From Octopus vulgaris (taxonomy: Eukaryota): a stretch of DNA of 64,000 bases. This document shows positions 13,366 to 25,340 of the stretch, one piece after another. The position numbers and the translations under genes are program-made. The notes below the pieces were generated by a model. It saw only the letters and a program-made list of their open reading frames with translations, did no database searches and was not told the origin of the DNA. The stretch is from positions 58,404,001 through 58,468,000 of the forward strand of contig OX597828.1 of NCBI GenBank assembly GCA_951406725.2, read 5' to 3'. Numbering within the stretch: position 1 is the first letter of the stretch; every line of letters begins with the position of its first letter.

Positions 13366-14274
13366 ACATTGGTGTTTTTCAATTCCCAGACCAGCAATAT
13401 GCTCTGTCATTGAGCAAAACTCTTCACTTCACATTGCTGCATCCCTCTCAGCTGAAATGGGTTTACCCTGCAATGGACTGGTCTTCTGTTCTTTTCATGC
13501 CAGCTTGGCTTGGATAGGATTTGATTTTGAGGCTGGATATTATAGACACAGGCATAACTTTGGTTAATAAATTTACTTCCCGAATCCTATGGTCTTGGGT
13601 TCAATCTCACTGTTGAACCTTTGACTAGTGTCTTTTACTATAACCCCAGCATTTGGTTGAGAGAAACTGGAAAAAAACTTGTGTGTTTGTGTTTCTAGAC
13701 CATGATGAACATTTTCATGGGAAAATATTACCTTGGTTGAAAACAGATGAGGGATGGCAGCAGGAGGGGCATCCAACCATTGAAAATCTGCCTTAACAAA
13801 TTTCTCTGACCCATCCAAGCATGGAAAAGCAGCTGTTAAGTAGTGATAATGATGCATTTCCTGCTACTAACTGTTTTTCAAGCAAGAAAGTTTCACATTC
13901 CACAAAACTAGATTTTACGCATTATTCATGAATGCATATTATATGTGAATAAATACAATTTAAGTGAAAGGAAATTAATTTTTATCATGTTCACTGCATT
14001 CTCAAACGGCATTAGAATTGCTAGTGAAATTGTTGTTCCAACAGAGTATTGAATTAATCCTTGATTCTATTCAGAACACATTGCACACCAGGGTGCCTCT
14101 TATAATACAGATGAAGATAAAGAATTATAATCGCAAAAAGATTATTTTATTCTGATTGCTTTGGTATTGTCTGAAATGACTTTTATTTGAATATGTTTGG
14201 TTTTAAGTATTTGGTGATGTACGTCATTCACTTACCCTTATTTTCTTTTTTTCTCTCTCTCTCTCCATCAAAAG

Positions 14275-14354
14275 CTATCGATGCCCGTGAACGACAACAC
14301 TGGGTCGATAAGTTACGAGCAACAGCGGAATATCACACTGCAAACTTGGCACAG
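14275..14354 (+). CDS. OSBPL11: Exon 5, PH C-terminal helix (AIDARERQHWVDKLRATAEYHTANLAQ)
   Basis: Long pyrimidine tract + aag acceptor, gtaagt donor, phase 1-0, ERQHWV motif. Confidence 0.95.
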
Positions 14355-15594
14355 GTAAGTAGAAAGACGCTCTCATACATCTTGTAACAAAGTTGTCTGC
14401 TGTATAAATTGTTTAAGAAACCTACCCATAGGTTTGGGCATGGCTGTGTGATTTCAGGTTCAGTTCCACTGCACTGCACCTCAGGCAAGAGTTTTCTACT
14501 ATATCCCTGGCCTAACCAATGCCTTGTAAGTGAGTTGGGTAGATGTGTGTGTATACATATATCTGCGTTAAAAGTGTGAAATTATAACAATCTTTTGGAT
14601 GTTGACTGACGAGGAATTAGCCATGAATTTTCTGTTTGTTTTTGTAAAATTTTCCGTCTTTAGTGTTTTTATTAAATTTTTGAAATACACACATTTATTA
14701 GGTGTCTGTGTTTGTCTCTCCTTCCACTGCCTGACAAGTGGTGTCAGTTTGTTTATGTCCCTATAACTTAGCAGTTAGCAAAAGAGCCTAATACACTAAG
14801 TACCAATCTTAAAAAATAAGTACTGGAATTGATTTGTTCAACTGGGACCCTTCAAGGTTGTATCTTTTGTTTAGTGTCTTTTTGTTATTTAATTCCTTGT
14901 CAGCTCTTGCAGAAACCTGTTGACCAATGGCATTCCATTTGTGGCCATCAATTTTATGTAAGGCCCAGCGAACCCAAAGCCACATTATTCAACATCTTTT
15001 ATTTTTTTCATAATAGGGTTGTGATTTAGGGTGTGGGATTCCTGGCAGGCCAAGCTTGCATAATATTATGTACCATCCATTTGATCATAATATATGTTAT
15101 GAGTAGGAGGTGAATCTGACAAATCTAGACTAAATCATTTTGGCACGTATATTTGTTTACAGTGAAAACTTCATTCAACTGAAAATTTGAAGCAGTACCT
15201 TAATGAGCCAAGTTATGCAGTAGCAAATTGAGTGATGTCATATTGAGGGTTACAGGAGGAAGTTTAATAATGATGATTGAAATTCTGCTTGTGTTCAGCA
15301 GGCTAGTATTCTCCTACAACCATTGTGTAAAAGGAATTCTAATATTTACTATCTGCGCACACATACACTGCATTAAACCCAAATTATATACAGGTGTGTA
15401 TATATATATAATTTGGTACAAAACAAATCAATAACTGTTATTATAAAAAAATACAGTAAATTGATTTTGTTTTTACATTCACCTTTTCCTTTGTACTAGC
15501 TGGGGAGGCTTTATAAATTTGTACATTCATGTGTGTTCATAGAGAGCCAATGTATTTTCTCACACTGCTCACCTGTTGTGTGTTCAAAGATAAA

Positions 15595-15994
15595 TCATCA
15601 TCATCATCATCATCGTTTAACATCCACTTTCCATGCTAGCATGGGTTGGACGATTTTGACTGAGGGCTGGCTGCACCAGGCTCCAATCTTGATCTGGCAG
15701 AGTTTCTACAGCTGGATGTCCTTCCTAACGCCAACCACTCCGAGAGTGTAGTGGGTGCTTTTTACATCCCACTGGCACAGGGGCCAGTCAGGCGGTACTG
15801 GCAACGACCTCACTTGAATCTTTTTACACATGCCACCAGCACAGGTGCCAGTAAGGCGATGTTGGTAACGATCACACGAATGGTGTAGGCTGGTTATGCC
15901 CCTGGTATAGGCCATGAGATTATGGTTTCATTTGGCTTGCCGGGTCTTCTCACGCACGGCGTATTTCCAAAGGTCTCGGTCACTAGTCATCTCC
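15595..15994 (-). mobile_element. 3' end of an RTE-type LINE (ORF C-terminus + 3'UTR + (GAT)n tail)
   Basis: Minus strand reads EMTSDRDLWKYAVREKTRQAK*, then a 3'UTR ending ...GGATGTTAAACGATGATGATG. Shorter 3'UTR-only copies near 1733, 2860, 9334, 12862, 22324, 24399, 25365, 27236, 32290, 36217, 42360, 50212, 59812 and 62211. Confidence 0.8.
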
Positions 15995-16982
15995 TTGCTA
16001 AAACAAAATGTTGACAAGAATTATAGAACTTCCTTAAGAGCATATTGCAGTACTAACCAAGCAAGCTGATGCATTTGCTGTAACTTGTTTTGTATTTTCA
16101 ATGAGTTCAACTGACGACTGCTGCTGCCACACCAGAGACTATTCCATCAGGACTAACCAAGCCTGTCTAATGGTAAGACAAAGTTACAGCAAAAAAGTCA
16201 TTAGACTGCGGTCATGCTGGGGCACTGCCTTGAAGAGCTTTTAGTCAAATGAATTGACCCCAGTACCTTTTTTTTAAGCCTGGTACTGATTCTGTTTGTC
16301 TCTTTTTCCAACTACTAAGTTATGGGATGTAAACAAACCTACAGTGGTTGTCAAGTGGTGATGGAGGGGACACACATACACACGACAGGCTTCTTTCAGT
16401 TTCTGTCTACCAAATCCACTCACAAGGATTTGTTTGGTCTGAGGCTATAGTAGAAGACATCTGTCCAAGGTGTTGTGCTGTGAGACTGAACCCCAAACCA
16501 TGCAGTTGGGAAGGTCCATTTGAGCAGATTCTGATTACATCTACCAAACCAACAGCAGCAGCAGCATTGGTTCCATTGATATCCATCCGTTCGTGCAGGA
16601 GGCCATCTTCAGTTTCCCTCTTCATATTTGCTTTAACTTCATATTCACATTGAAGCATTTTTTGCTTTCTATCTTCCGTGACATTCGGTTAATTTTGATC
16701 TGATAATAAAGAGATTAATCGACAAATTCTTTTTTTTTTCTTGACCTTGAAGTAGTAAATAGAAAAATGTTCTTTTAAAGAAAATGTCAACAAAAGTGCT
16801 GAATTCCTTTACATGTAGAGCATAATGTTTAAAGGGTCAATTTGTAAAAAATGAGTGCGGGGTGTATATATATATTAATTCTTGTAATTGTCATTTTAGT
16901 AAATAAATAAATAAATAAGTTGACAAAATATAATGTCTAAAAGTTGATGAACCACCTATTGATCCCCTCCATTTTTTTATTA

Positions 16983-17030
<48 letters not shown>

Positions 17031-17308
17031 ATATATATATATATATATATATACTCTGTTATGAAGATAAATGTTCTATTAGTCAGTCAGTTGATAATCA
17101 GTGTATATATTTATATGTGCCTGTGTGTGTTGGTGATTTGTCTTGAAAGGCAATCAATGTAAATCATGGTTAGACAGGAAGTCAACAAGTTACCAAAGTC
17201 CGTTAATCCATAAACAATTTATAAATACAATACAGTTCATCTAAGTACTTTTGTTACTGCTAATAATTTTGATAATACAGTTCTATATTTAAGGGATGAG
17301 TGATAATG

Positions 17309-18657
17309 TACATTATTTACATTAGATGTATACCAATAAGAAACTTAATGGAAATGTTGACCTTCTGTGTAGAAACTACCTACTTCAGTATGGACACTGA
17401 TACATATCGACAAGAAGAGGGTTTAGCTTTGGGTTCGCCATTATCACCGATAATAGCCAATATATACATGGAATACTTTGAGAATTTGGTTTTAGGATCA
17501 ACACCACTAAAACCAACCCTATGGCTGTGATATGTTGATGACACCTTTATACTCTGGCCCCACCAGGAAGATGTCCAAGTGCTGTTAGATCGTGTGAACT
17601 CAATAAAGCCATCCATGCAGTTCACAATGGAAAAGGAAAAAGACAATCAGCAAGCATTCCTGGACGCACTAATAACAAGCACCACGTATGGGTTCAGGAC
17701 ATCTGTATACCGCAAACTGACCTTCACTGGATAATACCTCAACTTCAACTCCCACCATCCATACAGTGTAAAGAGAGGGATGGCTCAGTGCCTAAAACAT
17801 TGAGCAAAGAATATAAGTAGCGATCATAATACTCACCATGAAGAAGTGATCAGGCTCAGTAACAATCTATTAAGCAACAACAATCCCCGAAAACATACTC
17901 TCCACTCCAATTATGAAGAGAAGTGAGGATGAAACCGATAAACTGCCCACAGTCTGCCCACCCTATGTGAAAGGCCTCTCCGAAAAGATACAAAAGATAT
18001 GTGGCCCATATGACATCAGAACAGTATTCAAGAGTAATACAACACTTTGCAAATATCTCCTTCGAGTAAAACCATTAATAGAAGAGAATGTGACCAAAGA
18101 CTGCGTGTACTCCATCCAATGCAGTTGTGGTAGGTTATACAGAGGCGAAACATGTCGCCCCCTCAAAATAAGGGTAGAGGAACATCGCAAAGCTGTGACA
18201 CGAGGAGATATTGATAAATCGGGTACAGCTGATCATGTATGGAAAAAAGGAGACCACCTCCCCCTGTGGGATGAAGTTAAAATAATAGACAGAGAACACC
18301 ACTGGAAAATACAGAAACTAAAAGAAGCAGCACATATGCTAGGACACAACAACCTCCTAAGCAGACCAAGTGTAGATATGAATGGCATATGGGAACCGGA
18401 AGGATAGGAAAATATTAGATTTATAAGCCCTAAAATTCACTCCATAATTGCCCACAGGCATATGGCTAGTGGTTAAGAGCACAGGCTACTAACCCCAAGA
18501 TTCTGAGTTCAATTCCAGGCAGTGACCTGAATAATAATTACAATATCGAAAAATACCTTGGGAATGAGAACCCAGGTTTGGAAATTCCCCAAGACACCTG
18601 ATGAAGGCTGGAGGGTATATTAGCCGAAACATGTATCCATCAAATGTAAATAGTGTA
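17309..18657 (+). mobile_element. Penelope-like retroelement, 5'-truncated, decayed RT + GIY-YIG
   Basis: RT motifs YRQEEGLALGSPLSPIIANIYME, *YVDDTF, FTMEKE, VYRK, SHHP; endonuclease VYSIQCSCGRLYRGETCRPLKIRVEEH; several stops; 25-bp inverted terminal duplication. Confidence 0.92.
18593..18636 (+). ncRNA. Hammerhead ribozyme-like motif in the Penelope 3' end
   Basis: CTGATGA-A-GGCT(loop)AGCC-GAAA-CATGTA. Core and stem II intact, palindromic ACATGT stem III, stem I not paired in this copy. Confidence 0.65.
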
Positions 18658-19261
18658 AACATTTTGAGTTGATCAAGAATGCTAGAAACTAGAGCAGGGT
18701 TGACTTGTAATATTTTTTGATTCTTCTGATTAGTTTTCGAATTATTGTCCTGAAGTTTAGTTTTCTTCATTCTTTTGATTGATTGCTTAAATCAGTGCAC
18801 TTAGTTTTGTTTTGTTTTTTGTTTTTTTTTGTTTTTTACTAATCTCAGATTACACTAATCCTACTGAAAGTATCCTTATGTTAATCTCTTTTTCTCAAAT
18901 AATGCTTCACTGTGTGTGAGTACATGAATGAATTGTTTATGCTTTGATGAATCTGTTTAGATGTGAGTTTGTAGAATAATTTGTCTTAGCATTATTATTG
19001 ACTTAATAATATTTTATTTAAAGTGCTTATAATCAACGCTGTATGGAATGATGTAAAGCATGTTACTCGATCAGATTTCTGAATTTGTTTATCTTAAGCT
19101 ATGAATGCTGGGAAATTTACAAAGGAAGCCATTGTTGTCACCCGCAGTTCAGTGCTGTAAAACAATTCTGTCCCTTAAAATAAGTGCCAGCGTTCTTGGA
19201 TCAGTGTCAATCTACTTATTCATGTATGTTATGTGGATGCCTTTGCTGTCATTCTTCACAG

Positions 19262-19422
19262 AACCCTCCACCGGTTCAGACAAGACACACAGATGGAGGA
19301 GTTTTGTCGGCTTCAAACAGCGATTGCTCTGCTTCATCAAGGAAGCCACCAAGTGATCTAAATGCTAACAACAGACGACTTGCCAATTCAACGGAGTCTT
19401 TACCCACCATTGTGACAATGAG
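19262..19422 (+). CDS. OSBPL11: Exon 6, linker (NPPPVQTRHTDGG...LPTIVTMR)
   Basis: cacag acceptor, gtgagt donor, open frame, phase 0-2 fits both neighbours. Confidence 0.85.
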
Positions 19423-20309
19423 GTGAGTATGTATATTTATGAAGGGCTTCATTACTGCTTTATATTTATACCTTTGTGCTGTTTATGTAAGTAAGGTACA
19501 TTGTTCCACTTAACTCAGTCAGTGTAAATGTAACTAGATATTCGTTTGGCTGTTTAGGTGCTTCGAGGTAGAAGACATTCCGTTATAAAATGTTCTAATT
19601 CATGCAAAATCCAAATCTGAAGATTGTCTAAACCACAACTGTCACATTAAATCTTCTGCTCGTTTTCCAGGGGTCATGGGGTCAGTGTATAACTTATATT
19701 TCTGGAGTATTGAGAGAATGCCTTCTAGAATAATAAATGAAAAATGAAGAAAGCTTCTGACAATGCAGGAAATTCTTTTTTAAATCTTTGTATTTCGGGT
19801 GCAAAGGTCTATCTTTAGAGGGATACAGTCAAAGAAATGTGTGTCTATGTAGACCCTGTCGTCTTGAATAGCTGGATGGGCAGTGACCTTGTTTTAGTTT
19901 GGTGCTTGTAGCAGTAGCTTCCCAAGTGATGGTGTTAATGGTGCTGTGTCATAAAGGTCACACTGAGGACAGTGGTGCCATGCCATAGAGGTCACACTGG
20001 GGACAGTGGCTGTGGGTTGGTGGCGAGTGCCATGGTAGTAGTTGGTGGTCGTAATAACAGTAAATGTTGTGGTAGCAGTCAGTGATGGTTTTGTCTACAT
20101 CGGCATAGTTGGTGATGGCATTGGTGGTGTATGTTCTTGTAATAGGCATTGACATGGTAGTAGCTGTCAACAGCAACATTTCTCATTGCAATGGAAGCTG
20201 TGGTAGTGACAAATAAGGGGCTGATAGGCAACAGTGCTGATCACCGTCATAGAGGTGAAGATGCTAGTTGTGGTTGCAGTGATGCAGGGGTCAGTTTGTA
20301 ATATATTTA

Positions 20310-20940
20310 TAGGTGCCACAGGCCCAACTCCAATCAACTATAAATTTTCAGGTTAAGTCAGTGAATCAGTATGGATTCCTTGATATGGAGATTCCCTGTA
20401 TTCCTTTCTGTGTCCAATCTATCTCTCTAGTGATGTTGCTGCATTTGATTAAGTGTTTGTGGAAGGAAGATGCATTTGTAGTCAGATGTTCCTTCAGTCA
20501 TGTGTGGAATGGTCTGACCATACTACAGATGTAATAGTCACTGCATTTGGAACACTGTATCTGGTACACTACGTATATTCGTAACACTTGTTTGTGTTTT
20601 GGATAGGACAGTTTACTAGTGTGCAGGGCTGCTGTTCCACATGTGACCTCCTTGTTGATAGTTGTCTACATTAGGACAGTTCCAAGTGGACTGGTAGGAT
20701 GTTGAAGCTTTACCTGTGAGTGGCCTTATGGATGGCAGAGGTGATCCTCTCATTAAAGTGAGTAATTCTCAGGAATCAGGTCTTAGAGAGATTCCTCTTG
20801 CCATATTTTTTGGCTTGTGTCCATGTAGCGTGTTTGTGAAGGATGCTGGGTGTCTGTTGATTCCAAGTATCTTGAGGAACTTTACAACCTCTGTGTCCTG
20901 GCTGGTGCTGTCACAGCATCTGTAGTGTATACAGGCAATC
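20310..20940 (-). mobile_element. Second Penelope-like element fragment (GIY-YIG endonuclease), decayed
   Basis: Minus strand reads VVYQIQCSKCSDYYICSMVRPFHT*LKEHLTTNASSFHKHLIKC, then after a frameshift NLHIKESILIH*LNLKI. Not shown in the ORF track. Confidence 0.75.
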
Positions 20941-21714
20941 TCATTTTGTGTGTAGCAGGTCTTCTCTTGTTATTTTTCAGGTAACTTCATGCAGAAAAGT
21001 CTATTATTTAAGTAAATTATAACAAGTAGAATTAAGGGCCTTGTCTAGAGATAACAACAAAAGACCTCTCATAGAATATAAATTTATGATCATACTAAAG
21101 AAAATTCCGTTTTTTTTTTTTTTTCTTTTTCAAAAAAAAGATGTTTTTTTTTAACTTTTTAATTAAGAACCTTACTGAAATTGCTATTTAACCGGGGGAA
21201 AGTTTTCCCCGTGTCTTAATCTGCAAAAATATATTATTTATTTTAGGAATGTCAGTCTAACTTAAACCTTTAGCATTCAGATTACTCTGTCAAAATGTAA
21301 TGCTTATTTATTCACATTGTTTTGAATCAATCATGTATTACCTTGTAGCTTCAAGATTTCAATGATGTGGTTGTTTATTTTGAATAAGTTTGTAGGGTAG
21401 ATGTGAGAGGTCAGATCTGGTCTGTTTAAACATAAAAGGGTAGAATATTAGGCTGAAAATGAATGGTTTAAATTCCAAAGAGTTAATATTTCATTCCGTG
21501 CATTAATAATTTCAAAAAATGGCTTGAGTCATTCTATGGTAAGCTGAAGAAGTGTAAAATTGATCTTCAAATTTTGGCTTGGATCATCAACATGTCCTCT
21601 GCATTGGCTGTGGTGGTGGTTGTCAGCTATTTCTTAGTGGATTAGCCCTTCCCAATCCCATCAAGCACAGATCAATGTCTTTTGTAGACGCAGCCTCTGG
21701 CTTTGCCTGCCAGG

Positions 21715-22175
21715 ACTCGGCCGTTTTGTCCTCTGCTTCATTCTGGTGTAAAGCATTTTTCATTGCCAGTTATGGTGCAGTAAAGAAGTTTCTGTTTACG
21801 TCCATGAATAGCAGAGTGTTGAAGGAGAAAACTGGGAGCAATTGAAGAATGCTGGGGTTTGTTTCTTTCATTCAGAGCGTATGGCACCCATATATCAAGT
21901 TTTTGGACCTTACCCATAAAGTGAAGGTGACAGGCCATGGTATCATGAGAGCACCCTATCTACTTGGCCAATCCCTTAGTGGATTAGCTCAGATATCATG
22001 GATAAGCTCATTCAGTTAATCTTCATTGAACTTAAGTTGGCTGAAATGCAGAGAGTCTGCGAAGCCAAATTTCTTTTTCTTGAAGAGTGAAAACCACCTC
22101 AGTTCTTTCAGTAACAGCACAAATATCTCAAGTTACTTTGACAGCTTTGGAACTTGGATTGAAAATGAAGAAAAG
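21715..22175 (-). mobile_element. Mariner transposase fragment
   Basis: MGKVQKLDIWVPYAL (WVPHEL motif) and CTITGNEK (decayed TGDEKW). Confidence 0.8.
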
Positions 22176-22530
22176 CTAGTTTTTTTCCTTTACTAGTTTT
22201 AGTCGTTGGGCTGTGGTCATGCTGGAGCACTGAAATATTGCCATATGCCTGGAAAGATGTAATATTGATTCAGATCTCAAAAACAATAGTAGAGTAAGAA
22301 TACTGCTACATATCACCATATGACATCATCATCATCATCATCGTTTAACGGCCGCTTTCTATGCTAGCATTGTTTTGGACGATTTTGACTGAGGGCTGGC
22401 GAACCAGATGGCTGCACCAGGCCCCAATCTTGATCTGGCAGAGTTTCTACAGCTGGATGCCCTTCCTAACGCCAACCACTCCGGGAGTGTAGTCATTTAT
22501 GCCAAACTAAATTGGTTTCTTTCATTTCAG

Positions 22531-22645
22531 ATCGCAATACAAAGTGCCAGTTACTCAATCACCATCTGTGGATCCTTTCAAAGATGTTAAGGAGTATCTT
22601 TTTCAAGCAGCGGAATATTCCAGCAACTTAGGAGAAAAGATTACA
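22531..22645 (+). CDS. OSBPL11: Exon 7 (SQYKVPVTQSPSVDPFKDVKEYLFQAAEYSSNLGEKIT)
   Basis: tttcag acceptor, gtcagt donor, phase 2-0; resembles the helical region of ORP11. Confidence 0.87.
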
Positions 22646-23341
22646 GTCAGTCATCTTTTTATTTTTATTTATTTTGAAAAGAAATGTTGTCCTATTTTTT
22701 GTCATTATTATTATTATCATTATCATTATTAGTGAGCTAGAAGAATCTTTAGCATGCTGGGCAAAATGCTTAGCAGCATTTTGTCTGTCCTTCCATGTTG
22801 AGTTCAAATGCTGCTGAGATCAACTTTGCCTTTCATCCTTTTGGGATTGATAAAATAACAGTTGAGCATTCCCTTCCTTCTCCCTTCCTACCAAAATTTC
22901 AAGCCTTGTGCCGATAATGATTGTCATCATTTTGTGATAGTTGTATGCAAGTGTCACTTTCCAATCTTCTGTAAAATCATGTCTGGTTGTGGTGAAATAT
23001 TACTTTACTTGGAAACAGGTGGAGGTTGGCAACAGGACAGGCACCCAGCCATAGAAAGATTTGCCTCAACAAATTCTGTCCAGTCCATGTGAGCATGGAA
23101 AAGTGCATGTTTAAATGATGATGACGATTGTACCAAGTAAAAGCACTATATCAGTTCCACAGAGCACTCATGCCAGTGTCATGTGTGAACACTGGTTTAC
23201 AAAATACTTTACAAAAACTGTGCATATATTTACATTTAAGGTTAATTTCTCTTACATTTAGAGCTCTATTCATAACCTTTAATTGCAAAATTAATTTTCA
23301 TGGTCATTCCAGTAACACTGTTAAATATCTACCAAAAAGAT

Positions 23342-24169
23342 TGTTGTCATCCTCTGTCACACGGTTATAATGCCCACTCCAGTATAGCTGTATAGTTAGA
23401 CAAGTAAGATCATGATATTGTCTCTTCTCACTGACACTGACTTACAGTATTTATAATGACTAGCACATACCAGGTGAGAGGGGTGTACCATTATTACTAT
23501 TATCCCCTGTAACATTTCCCTTTTAAGTTTTTTTTTCTTAGAGAGTGTAATTTTATTTCTTTTAATAGTAATAATTTTTACATCTCCCCTTTTTAGCACT
23601 ATACTTCAGAGCTAGGTGAAAACTAAAAAAAGTTGAGGCCTATTTTGTATTTTGCTCAGTCAGTTTCTAATGCTAGTTTAAACTCATTGTATTGTTGAAT
23701 AGAGCTCGCATTTTTCTTCTGTTAACTTGAAGCCATATTCTCTAATCTTTTCGAAAAGATTAGACTGCTATACCCTTTTTGTGTGTTCTACATGTTGTTC
23801 ATATGATTCACTGTTTATTAGGATATCGTCTAAATAGGCAATAGCAAGATCAGTCACCCAGCATTGTATCCATTATTTGCTGAAATATGGAAGGAGCCAC
23901 TTTTACACAGAAAGGAAGCCGCTTAAGTTTTGTAACTCCTTGTGAGTTTAATTCCTCATTGTCACTGTTGTAATCCTCTGTTGGACTGTTATAATGTCCA
24001 CTCCAGTACAGCAGTATAGTTGGTTAGACAAATAAGACTGCAACTATCTATGACCAGCTACTTCATACTCTCTCCTCTCACTGACACTGACTGACAGTAT
24101 TTATCATGACTAGCACAACTGCTCGTTACGTGGGAGGGGTGTACCATTATTACTATTATCTCCATAACA
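23342..24169 (-). mobile_element. Miniature or internally deleted Gypsy LTR retroelement
   Basis: Direct repeats 23342-23514 and 23966-24169 with TGTTG...TAACA ends; PPT AAAAGGGAAA; decayed PBS; RT remnant RLPFCVKVAPSIFQQIMDTML...AYLDDILI; flanks AAGAT/AAAAT. Confidence 0.82.
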
Positions 24170-25300
24170 AAAATAGAATTGGTATTTTCTGCAAATCACA
24201 TTGCCTCAATAAACTTGATATGGGCACAGCTGTGGCTGTGTGGTAAGAAGCTTGCTTCTCAACCACATGGTTCTGGATTCAGCCCCACTGCGCGACACCT
24301 TGGGCATGTGTCTTCTACTATAGCCTCAGGCCAACAAAACCTTGTAAGTGGATTTGGTAGATGGAAACTGAAAAAAATCCCATCACATATATATATATCA
24401 TCATCATCGTTTAACGTCCATTTTCCATGCTAGCATGGGTTGGACGGTTCGACTGGGGTCTGGGAAGCCAGAAAGCTGCTCCAGTCTGATCTGGCAGTGT
24501 TTCTACAGCTGGATGCCCTTCCTAATGCCAACCATTCCATGAGTGTAGTGGGTGTTTTTTACGTGCCACCTGCACAGGTGGAAGGCGAGGCTGGCAACGG
24601 CCACGATTGGTTGGTGCTTTTTACATGCCAGAGAGAGAGAGATGTATCTGTGTGTATGTCTCTTATTTGTTATTCCATCACCACTTGACAACTGGTGTTG
24701 GTGTGTTTATGTCCCTGTAATTTTAGGGTTTGGCAAATGACACTGATAGAATAAGTACTAAGCTTTAAAAAAAATAAGTCCTGGGGTCAGTTTGTTTGAC
24801 TAAAACCCTTCAAAGTGGTGCTCCAGCATGGCTGCAGTCAAATGCGTGAAACAAATAAAATAGTATAAGAATATCCCAACAGAGGATCATTGCATGACGT
24901 CCCTCAACCAAAAACAGACTGGTATGGAAAGCTGCTTTCTGTATTCAAGAGGAATGGAACTTTGAGTGGTTGGTGTCAGGATGGGCATCCAATCACAGAA
25001 ATTTTGCCAAATCTGACTTTGGAGCTCAATGCAGCCTTGCAACTCACCAGATCCCGTCAAACCATCCATGCCATTCCAGTGTGGAAAACAGATGTTAAAT
25101 GACGATGATGAAGCTTCACAATTTCTGATAGTTTTTCCTGACAACTTCATTTATAAAACATTTACCAAAACTGCTTACAAATGACATGGGGTACTCCCCA
25201 CCCACCCACCCAATAATAGAAAATTCTTCAACTTTGATTAGTTGCCAACCCTTTAAAAACTAAAGTTAGGTCCAGATATTTGGGCTAGTACTGATGCCAC

Positions 25301-25340
<40 letters not shown>

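Noticed and set aside
18457-18530. Functional tRNA gene
   Set aside because: Acceptor and T stems do not pair properly and there is no adjacent terminator; treated as a tRNA-derived cassette. The same applies to the SINE heads.
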